NCBI GenBank assembly: GCA_963801355.1
Contig: CAWDEM010000008.1
Location: 2,816,001 to 2,880,000, forward strand
Direction: 5' to 3'
DNA length: 64,000 nt
Source of the DNA: Ignavibacteriota bacterium
GTDB taxonomy: Bacteria > Bacteroidota > Ignavibacteria > UBA10030 > UBA6906
This document shows, in pieces, positions 1 to 7,263 of the stretch (the stretch's first letter is position 1; the number at the start of each line of letters is the position of its first letter). Below the pieces are notes generated by a model. That model worked only from the letters and a program-made list of their open reading frames with translations. It was not told where the DNA came from and did no database searches. Made by a program: the position numbers and the translations under genes.

Positions 1-1280
1 TCGACGCGGACCGGTGGAAGATCCGGGATCAGCGCGGTGTCAAATTGGATGTCCTTCTGTTGCACCGAGAGTTTCACGAACCCGAGCACCTGGCGGACAA
101 GTTCGTTGATCTGTTCCTGATGCAGCACGGGAGGTGTGAAGCGCGCGAGGTTGAGCGTGTTTTCGATGACCGTCTCAATCCGCTTGGTCCCTTCGAGCGC
201 ATCCTCCAGCGGTTCGCGCAATTCGGGATAGCGATCGGCCTTTGTAATAAGATACTGGAGATTGAGGGCGATGGCGGAGAGCGGATTGCGAATCTCGTGT
301 GCGATTCCCGCCGCGAGCCTCCCCATCAGGGTCATCTTTTCGGCCTGCATCAGCTGCTGGCGCATTTGCCGCTGCTCGGTGATGTCCCGTATGTAGACGA
401 GAATGCGCGTGTCCTGTGTCCGCGTGAGAGGACCGAAGCCGACATCCACTTGCAGGGATTCGCCATCCTTGCGCAACAGACTCATCTCACCCGAGGTGAA
501 GCGGGCTGCATCCTGCAAGGATGATGTGAAATCCGTGCCGGTGAACGGCAATCTGGGCATCCTCAGGATCTCGTCCCGGCTGTATCCCAGAAGATCCACT
601 CCCGCCTGGTTCACCTCGAGGATATTCTCCGTGGAACGGTCCAGCACAAAAATCGCGACGCTGGCGTGATCGAACAGTGAGCGATACCGTTCCTCTGAAG
701 CCTGCACTTCACGATTCTTCCGGACCAGCGTCTCCGCGTAGATCTCAAGCTCGGCCATCTTCTCTTCCAGCTTCTTGATCACGATGGCACGGTGCTTTTC
801 GAGAAACTCCTGATCATCCAGCTGATCCTGGTTCGAGGACTGCTCTTCCACTGTGCGGCCGTAGCATTGCCGGGCAAGCTCATTGATCGCCTGGACAAGA
901 GCCCCGAGCCCGGCATGTTTGACGACGTACCGGTCCACCCCGATACTCCTGGCAAACTCCTCATCGGCCGCATCGACGTAGTTGCCCGTGTAGATGATGA
1001 AGGGGACCTTTGCGTATGCTGGAATCGCCCGCACTTCCTTGCACAGCTGGAACCCGTCCATCTTGGGCATCATGGCATCTGCAACAATCATATGCACAGA
1101 CTCATTCTTCACCACGGAGAGCGCCTCAACGCCGTTCCTCGCCAGAAAGGCAATGTAGCCGTTCTCTGCCAGGACGTCTTCCATCAAATCGAGATTCTCC
1201 TGCACATCGTCGACCAGCAGTATCTTCAGAGCAGGACTGCCACCAGTGACTGGTTCTTGACCATCAGACATGGTTGTCAT
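1..1280 (-). CDS. Hybrid sensor histidine kinase (REC-PAS-HisKA), runs off the left window edge
   Basis: Absent from the ORF track because its stop lies outside the window. Manual translation from ATG 1280 (GGAG RBS) gives MTTMSDGQ...KILLVDDVQENLDLM (receiver), SEERYRSLFDHA (PAS) and MGRLAAGIAHEIRNPL (NtrB-type H-box). Confidence 0.9.
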   Translation of the reverse strand, partial: MTTMSDGQEPVTGGSPALKILLVDDVQENLDLMEDVLAENGYIAFLARNGVEALSVVKNESVHMIVADAMMPKMDGFQLCKEVRAIPAYAKVPFIIYTGNYVDAADEEFARSIGVDRYVVKHAGLGALVQAINELARQCYGRTVEEQSSNQDQLDDQEFLEKHRAIVIKKLEEKMAELEIYAETLVRKNREVQASEERYRSLFDHASVAIFVLDRSTENILEVNQAGVDLLGYSRDEILRMPRLPFTGTDFTSSLQDAARFTSGEMSLLRKDGESLQVDVGFGPLTRTQDTRILVYIRDITEQRQMRQQLMQAEKMTLMGRLAAGIAHEIRNPLSAIALNLQYLITKADRYPELREPLEDALEGTKRIETVIENTLNLARFTPPVLHQEQINELVRQVLGFVKLSVQQKDIQFDTALIPDLPPVRV

Positions 1281-1373
1281 GACGCTCCACGTTGACTGGA
1301 ATAAGGTTGTGCAGTTGAAAAGGACGTCACCAAGGTAATAATATTAGCCAAGTGGTTGCAATACGCCGCACAG

Positions 1374-1398
1374 CGTATTTCTTTGGTCACGAAATACG
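1374..1398. promoter_or_regulatory. Inverted repeat CGTATTTC-N9-GAAATACG, candidate regulator site
   Basis: Perfect 8-bp arms in the AT-rich intergenic region upstream of the kinase. Confidence 0.4.
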
Positions 1399-1455
1399 TA
1401 GGAGGCATCAAAAATAGGCTAAATCTGTACAAATGGAGGAAACAAGGGGTGGGAA

Positions 1456-2136
1456 CTAGCGGGGCAGGATGACGATCCCGTTCTTGATGGCGTATGTTGC
1501 CAGGCCGGCGCTGTCGTGAATGTCAAGCTTCTTCATGATATTGTTGCAGTGGGTGTCAACCGTCCGCACACTGATGTGAAGAATGTTGCCGATCTGTTGA
1601 TGTGTTTTCCCTTCCGCGACGAGTTGGAGGATCTCCCGTTCACGCGAGGTAAGCGGGCTTTCCACGGCGCCGGCTCCATCCGGATGTTCTTCAGGCGCAT
1701 CAGATGCCTTGAGATATGATTCAAGAAGGACCTGCGACACCGACGGGCTGAAGAATGCATGTCCGTTGTGCACAGAACGGATCGCGGTAAAAAGATCCTC
1801 GGCGGAGCTGTTCTTGAGCATGTATCCGTTTGCGCCGGTCCGGATGGTCTGCATGATGAACTCTTCATTGTCATGCGCTGAGAGCACCAGAACTTTCACG
1901 TGCGGCGCGCTTTTCTTGATCTTCCGTGTCGCCTCCAGCCCGTTCAGCAGGGGCATACTGATGTCCATCAGCACGACGTCCGGATCGAGTTCCAGGGCGC
2001 GTTCCACCGCCGCCATGCCGTCAGCCGCCTCACCCACAACCGAGATCCCATCTGCCAGCGACAGAATGGAGACCAGGCCACGCCGCACAAGTGTGTGGTC
2101 GTCTGCGACGAGCACAGTGATGGGTTGCTGGGTCAT
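1456..2136 (-). CDS. NarL/LuxR-family response regulator
   Basis: VLVADDH, DVVLMDISMP receiver motifs; C-terminal LTSREREILQLVAEG...SVRTVDTH LuxR HTH. Confidence 0.96.
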   Translation of the reverse strand: MTQQPITVLVADDHTLVRRGLVSILSLADGISVVGEAADGMAAVERALELDPDVVLMDISMPLLNGLEATRKIKKSAPHVKVLVLSAHDNEEFIMQTIRTGANGYMLKNSSAEDLFTAIRSVHNGHAFFSPSVSQVLLESYLKASDAPEEHPDGAGAVESPLTSREREILQLVAEGKTHQQIGNILHISVRTVDTHCNNIMKKLDIHDSAGLATYAIKNGIVILPR

Positions 2137-2163
2137 AGGTCAGTTGCCGGATAGAGCCACGGC

Positions 2164-2192
2164 AATGTACAGCATTGGGCGAAGAGTGTCAA
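2164..2192 (-). promoter_or_regulatory. sigma-70-type promoter of the response regulator
   Basis: Minus strand reads TTGACA-17 bp-TACATT. Confidence 0.65.
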
Positions 2193-2200
2193 CCGCGCAG

Positions 2201-2232
2201 AGTGGCTTGCAGTGGCTGGCAGTGGCTTGCAG
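2201..2232. repeat. 3 x 10-bp tandem repeat AGTGGCT(T/G)GC
   Basis: Directly visible, just upstream of the -35 box. Confidence 0.85.
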
Positions 2233-2237
2233 GAACG

Positions 2238-2522
2238 CTAGGGTGCCTTCTTCAAGTCTTTGAGAATTGCATCTACAACTTTTTCTGTAACGTCACGCTC
2301 AAGGTAAAACCCGTCGTGGATCTTTTCACGGATTATTTCAAAACGCCGGGTCTGCTCTGCATCGTAGAGGGCGCGCGCTTCAGGGGAAACTTCAACGCTG
2401 TCCTTCTTTTCTTTCCCGTCGCCTTCATGTTCTTTTCCCTTCACCGTGTCCGTTGTGTCGGACCGGGTTCCTTTGACCGGATCCACCTGACCGGCCTGGC
2501 CGGGAATTTCCTGGATGCCCAT
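2238..2522 (-). CDS. flgM: FlgM-like anti-sigma-28 factor
   Basis: 94 aa; KDSVEVSPEA motif and C-terminal RFEIIREKIHDGFY...VVDAIL pattern typical of FlgM; flagellin context. Confidence 0.7.
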   Translation of the reverse strand: MGIQEIPGQAGQVDPVKGTRSDTTDTVKGKEHEGDGKEKKDSVEVSPEARALYDAEQTRRFEIIREKIHDGFYLERDVTEKVVDAILKDLKKAP

Positions 2523-2527
2523 AGTCG

Positions 2528-2935
2528 TTATCCTCCACTGCGCGTTCGCGCATGTGCCATTGCTCGTGCTTCGTAGTTTATGAGTTTGCGGGTTTCTTTC
2601 AGCGCCTCGTAGTACCTGTTGTCGTAAATGGCTTCACTGATTTGCTGAAACATCCCGGTCGTGCTGGGTGCCGCGTTCAGAATCTCCCGCGTCAGGGCCC
2701 AGTACACTTTCTGGTACCTCGGGAGGTTCTGGCCATCAATATACATCAACTGGATGACAAAGTATACGCGCTTGCATGGCGTGTCAGCCTGCGCTTCGCT
2801 CAGAATCTCCCTCTCACGCAGAAGCGGCACTTTGCTCTCCACCATCAACACAACAGTCCTGCCGGTGGCATTGCGCATCACCGCGCCGCCGGCGATAACC
2901 CGTTCATTGGCTTTCAGAGATAGCTTCAGGGCCAT
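2528..2935 (-). CDS. flbT: Flagellin translational regulator FlbT
   Basis: MALKLSLKANERVIAGGAV...PLLREREIL...ADTPCKRVYFVIQLMY...YEALK is characteristic of FlbT. Confidence 0.92.
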   Translation of the reverse strand: MALKLSLKANERVIAGGAVMRNATGRTVVLMVESKVPLLREREILSEAQADTPCKRVYFVIQLMYIDGQNLPRYQKVYWALTREILNAAPSTTGMFQQISEAIYDNRYYEALKETRKLINYEARAMAHARTRSGG

Positions 2936-2937
2936 GT

Positions 2938-3498
2938 CTATCCCGGAAGTTGATCAAGCTGAACCGTGCTCCCACCGGTGATGCCCGTCGGCTGCACGGC
3001 AAGGTCCTGCCGGATCTGTCTGAACGCCGCTTCGGCATTGCGTTCATCCATAGACAGGAGTTCCTTGATTTCCTTAAGGGCTGCGGCGTCCGCCGCTTGC
3101 GTGTCCGGCGCAAGACTGAGACGGTCGATCATGACGCGGAGTCCGGCAAAACTCCTCAACCATTCCACCCGTTCTTCACTGCCTGGAGTATATGGCGGGT
3201 AGTCCTTGACGATCACCCCCAGCTTCTGCTTCAATGCTGCGAGTGACAAGCCGGCCGTGTCTATGGGCTGATCCATCCTCCTGATGCTCGCCGCAACATC
3301 ACATGCACGGTCCCCCAGTGCGGACAGTCTATTGAATTCCACCATGCCCCTGGTGACGCCTGGCCGGCCGGTCGCATCGGTGTTCCGGCTGTCAGCGCTT
3401 GCTCCGGCCGTCGAGCGGGAGGTGGGCCTGTCAAGACGTCCCCGGGATCGTTCCGGGCTTTCCGGCCCTTGCTCGAACCCTATCCGTTGTATTGACAT
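2938..3498 (-). CDS. Hypothetical flagellin-locus protein
   Basis: 186 aa with GAGG RBS, tightly coupled to flbT; helical, contains IVKDYPPYTPGSEERV. Confidence 0.75.
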   Translation of the reverse strand: MSIQRIGFEQGPESPERSRGRLDRPTSRSTAGASADSRNTDATGRPGVTRGMVEFNRLSALGDRACDVAASIRRMDQPIDTAGLSLAALKQKLGVIVKDYPPYTPGSEERVEWLRSFAGLRVMIDRLSLAPDTQAADAAALKEIKELLSMDERNAEAAFRQIRQDLAVQPTGITGGSTVQLDQLPG

Positions 3499-3518
3499 CT
3501 GTCACCTCAATTCCACGG

Positions 3519-3544
3519 GGGAGAGAAGGAGCTCATTCTCTCCC
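3519..3544 (-). terminator. Stem-loop 3' of flagellin 1
   Basis: GGGAGAGAA-TGAGCTCC-TTCTCTCCC; no U-tract. Confidence 0.5.
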
Positions 3545-3572
3545 TGATCAGGACTGTGAAGTATGGCCCTGC

Positions 3573-4412
3573 TCAAAAGAGCTTGAGGACCGACTGTGCA
3601 CTCTCGGCCGACAGGCTCAAGGCGGTTGTCCCGAGGGACTGGCGTGTCTGCAGCATCAGCATGTTCGCGCCTTCCTCGTTCATGTCAGCGTCCGTCAGGG
3701 CGCCGGCACCGGCCTGCAACGTGGCAATCATCTGATCGGCCCAGTCCGCCCGTGCCTGGACAATGGCCAGACTCGAGGACAGCGACGAAGACCGCACCCG
3801 CAGGGTGTCTCCCGCTGCCGACAACTGGGTCAACGATGTGTTGATCGCCGCCATACCATCCGTCGGATCGGCCCAGCTCGTCACACCACCGGCCACACCC
3901 ACCAGTCCGATGTTCAAACCGGCTGCAGTCGCGGCAAATCCCTGAATGTCCAATGAGCTGCTGCCATCCTCATTGAATTGCACCGTCAGAGTACCTCCCG
4001 CAAGCAGGTTGGTCCCCCGGTATCCGGTGTCATTGGACAGCTGGTCGACCTGGTCCAGAATTGCGTTGTACTGCGTCACATACAGCGCACGCTGCGTGAG
4101 GTCTCCCGTCGCCAGAGCCGCCTGGGCAATTCCCTTTGCCGTTTCGATCAGTGTCGTGATCGTCTGGATGCCGTCATTTGCCGCTTTTACGGTCTGAATG
4201 GCTTCGCTCATGTTGTCTTTGCGGGCCGTCAGATCGTCTGCCCGGCTGGTGTGGCTCCAGGCCGCAAAATAGTTCACCGCATTGTCCAGCGGGCTGTTCA
4301 CCTTCTTGCCCGTCGACAAACGCTCCTGCGTCCGGCTCAGCAACTCCGCCGTGTTCTTCAGGCTCAGCAAATTCGCCCGCATCGCAGACGTCAACGTGAT
4401 GTCTTGTGCCAT
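3573..4412 (-). CDS. fliC: Flagellin (copy 1), 279 aa
   Basis: RTQERLSTGKKVNSPLD N-terminal and LTDADMNEEGANMLMLQTRQ C-terminal flagellin motifs. Start moved to MAQDITL, matching copy 2 and the RBS. Confidence 0.95.
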   Translation of the reverse strand: MAQDITLTSAMRANLLSLKNTAELLSRTQERLSTGKKVNSPLDNAVNYFAAWSHTSRADDLTARKDNMSEAIQTVKAANDGIQTITTLIETAKGIAQAALATGDLTQRALYVTQYNAILDQVDQLSNDTGYRGTNLLAGGTLTVQFNEDGSSSLDIQGFAATAAGLNIGLVGVAGGVTSWADPTDGMAAINTSLTQLSAAGDTLRVRSSSLSSSLAIVQARADWADQMIATLQAGAGALTDADMNEEGANMLMLQTRQSLGTTALSLSAESAQSVLKLF

Positions 4413-4478
4413 GCTATTCCCCTTTCTGGGAACATGTGTCTGTACAGTGAGTCCCTTCTGGGACGCTCTCATGTACTA

Positions 4479-4505
4479 TTATCGGCCTGGCGGGAAAGAA
4501 CTTTA
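4479..4505 (-). promoter_or_regulatory. sigma-28 (FliA) promoter
   Basis: TAAA-15 bp-GCCGATAA, a perfect consensus. Confidence 0.93.
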
Positions 4506-4580
4506 GCCGGGAGGAATAAAAATGTTGCCATCCTTTAAAGCGTGGTAGGACAATCAGTTATGGGCCATCAGGGAAAGCGC

Positions 4581-4799
4581 TTAGTACTTGGGTGGCCGTT
4601 CGGGGATGCCGGCCCATACATCCTCTACCAGGGCATCGATGACCTGTTCCAGAATCTCCGGCTGCACATAATATCCAAGCCGGACCCGCCGGCAGATCAT
4701 GTCACAACGGCGGAACTGTCCTTCGTGGGCTGCCGGCACGGCGGGGCCGGCCCCTGGGTACACCGGTTGCGTGGACTGCAGAACTTCTTGAATGCCCAT
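4581..4799 (-). CDS. Short FlgM-like paralogue
   Basis: MGIQEV...HEG..RRCDMICRRVRLGYY...EQVIDALVEDV aligns with 2238..2522; GGAG RBS before ATG 4799. Confidence 0.6.
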   Translation of the reverse strand: MGIQEVLQSTQPVYPGAGPAVPAAHEGQFRRCDMICRRVRLGYYVQPEILEQVIDALVEDVWAGIPERPPKY

Positions 4800-4812
4800 C
4801 TCCCCGCTCCCG

Positions 4813-5199
4813 TCATTCACCTGACTTCGCCGACCCCTTCAGCCCGGCAGCCACGTTGGTGTTGATATTAATCAGAATGTCGAGCTTCGCCGGGGTGGGA
4901 TAGGCCAGGGTATCAAAAATCCTCCGGTCGATGAATGCGCTCAGCCGGAGGATGTTTTCACGAATCTGCCGGGGCAGTGGATTTTTTTCGTCAAGCAATG
5001 CGACCTGAAAGAATGTCCAGAGGCGCTGGTTGTACCGCAGCGCCCTGTCCAGCGCTACATCACGATCGGGCGCCGACCATTGCGATTGCACGTGTTTCAT
5101 CATTGCCGCGGCCTTCATCAGCACGGCGGCTTCCGCTTCCCGATCGCCGAGCACAGAGACCTGTGCGCGACTATAGACTTCCGTTTGGCTTTGATACAT
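4813..5199 (-). CDS. flaF: Flagellar regulator/chaperone FlaF
   Basis: REAEAAVLMKAA...ALRYNQRLWTFFQ...NPLP..IRENILRL...LININTNVAAGL is the FlaF pattern. Confidence 0.92.
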   Translation of the reverse strand: MYQSQTEVYSRAQVSVLGDREAEAAVLMKAAAMMKHVQSQWSAPDRDVALDRALRYNQRLWTFFQVALLDEKNPLPRQIRENILRLSAFIDRRIFDTLAYPTPAKLDILININTNVAAGLKGSAKSGE

Positions 5200-5254
5200 G
5201 ACCTCATTCCCCGATTCTCGTACGACCGGACAATCGACTCCTGCGGAGAACGTA

Positions 5255-5278
5255 AGGGGAAGGAAGCTCTCTTCCCCT
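5255..5278 (-). terminator. Stem-loop 3' of flagellin 2
   Basis: AGGGGAAG-AGAGCTTC-CTTCCCCT. Confidence 0.5.
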
Positions 5279-5295
5279 CACCATTGATTTCTCAG

Positions 5296-6135
5296 CTAGA
5301 AGAGGCGGAGGACCGACTGTGCATTCTGCGCCGACAGGCTCAAGGCGGTTGTCCCGAGGGACTGGCGTGTCTGCAGCATCAGCATGTTCGCGCCTTCCTC
5401 GTTCATGTCAGCGTCCGTCAGGGCGCCGGCACCGGCCTGCAACGTGGCAATCATCTGATCGGCCCAGTCCGCCCGTGCCTGGACAATGGCCAGACTCGAG
5501 GACAGCGACGAAGACCGCACCCGCAGGGTGTCTCCCGCTGCCGACAACTGGGTCAACGATGTGTTGATCGCCGCCATACCATCCGTCGGATCGGCCCAGC
5601 TCGTCACACCACCGGCCACACCCACCAGTCCGATGTTCAAACCGGCTGCAGTCGCGGCAAATCCCTGAATGTCCAATGAGCTGCTGCCATCCTCATTGAA
5701 TTGCACCGTCAGAGTACCTCCCGCAAGCAGGTTGGTCCCCCGGTATCCGGTGTCATTGGACAGCTGGTCGACCTGGTCCAGAATTGCGTTGTACTGCGTC
5801 ACATACAGCGCACGCTGCGTGAGGTCTCCCGTCGCCAGAGCCGCCTGGGCAATTCCCTTTGCCGTTTCGATCAGTGTCGTGATCGTCTGGATGCCGTCAT
5901 TTGCCGCTTTTACGGTCTGAATGGCTTCGCTCATGTTGTCTTTGCGGGCCGTCAGATCGTCTGCCCGGCTGGTGTGGCTCCAGGCCGCAAAATAGTTCAC
6001 CGCATTGTCCAGCGGGCTGTTCACCTTCTTGCCCGTCGACAAACGCTCCTGCGTCCGGCTCAGCAACTCCGCCGTGTTCTTCAGGCTCAGCAAATTCGCC
6101 CGCATCGCAGACGTCAACGTGATGTCTCGTACCAT
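5296..6135 (-). CDS. fliC: Flagellin (copy 2), 279 aa
   Basis: Same motifs as copy 1 and nearly identical to it. Confidence 0.95.
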   Translation of the reverse strand: MVRDITLTSAMRANLLSLKNTAELLSRTQERLSTGKKVNSPLDNAVNYFAAWSHTSRADDLTARKDNMSEAIQTVKAANDGIQTITTLIETAKGIAQAALATGDLTQRALYVTQYNAILDQVDQLSNDTGYRGTNLLAGGTLTVQFNEDGSSSLDIQGFAATAAGLNIGLVGVAGGVTSWADPTDGMAAINTSLTQLSAAGDTLRVRSSSLSSSLAIVQARADWADQMIATLQAGAGALTDADMNEEGANMLMLQTRQSLGTTALSLSAQNAQSVLRLF

Positions 6136-6182
6136 ACTGGTTCCCTTTCTCGCAAAGAAAATGTCTTCGCCTTCTGAGAATA

Positions 6183-6209
6183 TTATCGGCAGAAACCGGA
6201 AGTACTTTA
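6183..6209 (-). promoter_or_regulatory. sigma-28 (FliA) promoter
   Basis: TAAA-15 bp-GCCGATAA, a perfect consensus. Confidence 0.93.
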
Positions 6210-6257
6210 GCGTGAAAAGGAGGTGAGCAGTGAGAAGGATATGGGCGCTACGAAGAG

Positions 6258-6332
6258 TGGACGCTGCAGGGATCGAACCTGCGACCTTCGCCTTGTAAGG
6301 GCGACGCTCTGGACCAGCTGAGCTAAGCGTCC
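6258..6332 (-). tRNA. tRNA-Val(TAC)
   Basis: Cloverleaf GGACGCT...TCGCC-CTTACAA-GGCGA...GCAGG-TTCGATC-CCTGC-AGCGTCC-A; CCA not encoded. Confidence 0.97.
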
Positions 6333-6344
6333 GAGATGGTCCTG

Positions 6345-7160
6345 CTACACGTACAATGCACTGCTGAAAGAACGGCGAAGATTTCGTGTGATCTCGTTCT
6401 CTTCACCGAGGACTTTGAAGATTGCGATGCACGCCCGGCGGGCCCCGTCGTCATCGAAGTACCGATCCTGACGAATCACCTCTATGAAACGCCGGAGAGA
6501 TGTCTCATAATCTCCCCTGCCAAGTGCATGCAGGGCCTCCAGGTAGACAGCCTTCACCGGTTGATCGGGAAGCTGTTCCGGATGCTCGAGTTTTTTTGTC
6601 AGGCCGGCGAACGTCCGGATGGCATCGGCCATCGGAAAATGCTGGGAGTCTTCTTCGATGCCCTCGACAAGTTCCAGCGCCCGGTCTGGGGCGCTTTCGA
6701 GATATGACCCGGCGAGAAGCACCCGCGCATGTTGGTTCTCTGGATCCTGTTGCAGAACGTTCCCGAGGATGTTCTGTGCTTCAGGGACACTGCCCCCCTT
6801 CAGGAGCAGGTCCGCCTGTCCGATGTCCTTCCTATGCGGGTCGGGGAGTGCCCGTCCAAGCCATTGCAGCACAGCCGCTTCCGGCATGGCACCCTTGAAT
6901 TCGTTGACCACCTTCCCGTCAACGAAGAGCTTGACGCTGGGAATGCTCCGGATGCCGTACTGTGTTGCGACATCCTGGTGTTTGTCGGTGTCCACCTTGG
7001 CCAGTATCCACCGCCCACCGGAATTCAGCGCCAGTTTTTCCAGTATCGGACCGAGAACCCGGCAGGGTGCACACCACTCGGCCCAGAAATCCACAACAAT
7101 AGGGACGGTTGAACTTCTCTCGAGTACCTCTTTGGAAAAATCCTGTATCTCAAACGCCAC
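6345..7160 (-). CDS. cnoX: Thioredoxin-TPR chaperedoxin (CnoX/YbbN family)
   Basis: VVDFWAEWCAPC thioredoxin domain, TPR helices and C-terminal DDGARRACIAIF...RRSFSSALY. Start is GTG 7160 or ATG 7184. Confidence 0.88.
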   Translation of the reverse strand: MAFEIQDFSKEVLERSSTVPIVVDFWAEWCAPCRVLGPILEKLALNSGGRWILAKVDTDKHQDVATQYGIRSIPSVKLFVDGKVVNEFKGAMPEAAVLQWLGRALPDPHRKDIGQADLLLKGGSVPEAQNILGNVLQQDPENQHARVLLAGSYLESAPDRALELVEGIEEDSQHFPMADAIRTFAGLTKKLEHPEQLPDQPVKAVYLEALHALGRGDYETSLRRFIEVIRQDRYFDDDGARRACIAIFKVLGEENEITRNLRRSFSSALYV

Positions 7161-7263
7161 GGTGTTCTTTCCGCAATTGTGCATGCTCTCGTAGTATAGT
7201 ATACGATTCGCCCCACTGACTCACAAGCAGAAAAACCGCATCTGAGGCCTCCAAGGAGAAGCC

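Noticed and set aside
45-1295. Plus-strand ORFs 45..524 and 792..1295
   Set aside because: Antisense shadows of the minus-strand kinase. The same applies to most long opposite-strand ORFs in this GC-rich window, such as 7285..8478, 20008..21012 and 59479..60468.
3573-6135. Flagellin duplicate as a DGR template/variable pair or invertible phase-variation cassette
   Set aside because: The copies are in direct orientation, both have promoters, differences are not adenine-specific, and no reverse transcriptase or recombinase is in the window.
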